DNA of 64,000 nucleotides from an uncultured Dehalococcoidia bacterium (GTDB lineage Bacteria; Chloroflexota; Dehalococcoidia; Lucifugimonadales; CAZEDC01): NCBI GenBank assembly GCA_964510985.1, contig CAZEDC010000116.1, positions 1,800 to 65,799 of the forward strand, read 5' to 3'. Shown piece by piece: positions 63,849 to 64,000 of this stretch (position 1 is its first letter; each line of letters starts with the position of its first letter). The notes under the pieces were generated by a model. It saw only the letters and a program-made list of their open reading frames with translations, ran no database searches and was not told where the DNA came from. The position numbers and the translations under genes were made by a program.

Positions 63849-64000
63849 ATGACCACCAGAGAACAACCGGCTGCGGACCACTGGAGAGACCGAGTGGAAT
63901 CTCACCACGACCAGTCCGAGGCCGTCCAGGACGCGTCTGCTCTGGACGATGACTTCTGGCGTCCGTTCGCCTCACATTTCCGTCTGGACCCTCGGAGGAC
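63849..64000 (+). CDS. 5' end of an unidentified CDS that continues past the window end
   Basis: ATG at 63849 opens a frame (MTTREQPAADHWRDRVESHHDQSEAVQDASALDDDFWRPFASHF...) with no stop before 64000. Confidence 0.3.
   Translation, partial: MTTREQPAADHWRDRVESHHDQSEAVQDASALDDDFWRPFASHFRLDPRR

Overview
High-GC (about 60%) bacterial chromosomal window, mostly core metabolism. I cannot run a search. The gene content and the dense short intergenic repeats loosely suggest a Chloroflexota-like, MAG-type genome, but that is only an impression.

Main gene blocks, left to right:
- Glycolysis cluster on the minus strand: pgk, archaeal-type iPGM (apgM) and the tpiA N-terminus.
- A divergent polyprenyl-synthase-like gene, then tsaC and guaA.
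- Purine cluster: purD, purE, purB, purC, a DUF3105-like gene, purS.
- Minus-strand histidine cluster: hisZ, hisG, an unknown Zn-phosphoesterase-like gene, hisD, hisC, hisB, followed by a RidA gene.
- PadR regulator plus membrane protein, then DegV.
- A hydrolase- and aminotransferase-rich block: two class-III aminotransferases, an NPP/alkaline-phosphatase-like enzyme, a beta-lactamase-fold serine hydrolase, a phosphotriesterase-like protein, an amidohydrolase and a 2-keto-4-pentenoate hydratase.
- HU, a Zn-ribbon hypothetical, and an SRAP peptidase.
- An orphan response regulator disrupted by a 22-bp tandem duplication.
- tRNA-His, an MBL hydrolase and tRNA-Arg in one minus-strand unit.
- pepA, mtaB-like, a Grx-TrxR fusion, fabF, recJ, lgt, a xerC/D-type recombinase and uvrC.
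- SPFH/NfeD pair, a VapBC-like pair and glycerate kinase.
- A lutA-lutB-(Gfo/Idh/MocA)-lutC cluster.

No rRNA, CRISPR array, transposase or obvious prophage was seen.

The most notable non-standard signals:
1. A Zn-dependent PLC-like phosphoesterase is translationally coupled into the his operon. That cluster has no recognisable histidinol-phosphate phosphatase.
2. Several families of short dispersed intergenic repeats, including a roughly 125-nt element carrying a 16S 3'-tail / Shine-Dalgarno-complement core.
3. Two unusually long, locally AT-rich noncoding regions with strong promoter-like hexamers (28389-28958 and 39305-40248).
4. The frameshifting 22-bp tandem duplication in the response regulator.
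5. A CDS whose stop codon lies inside a tRNA gene.
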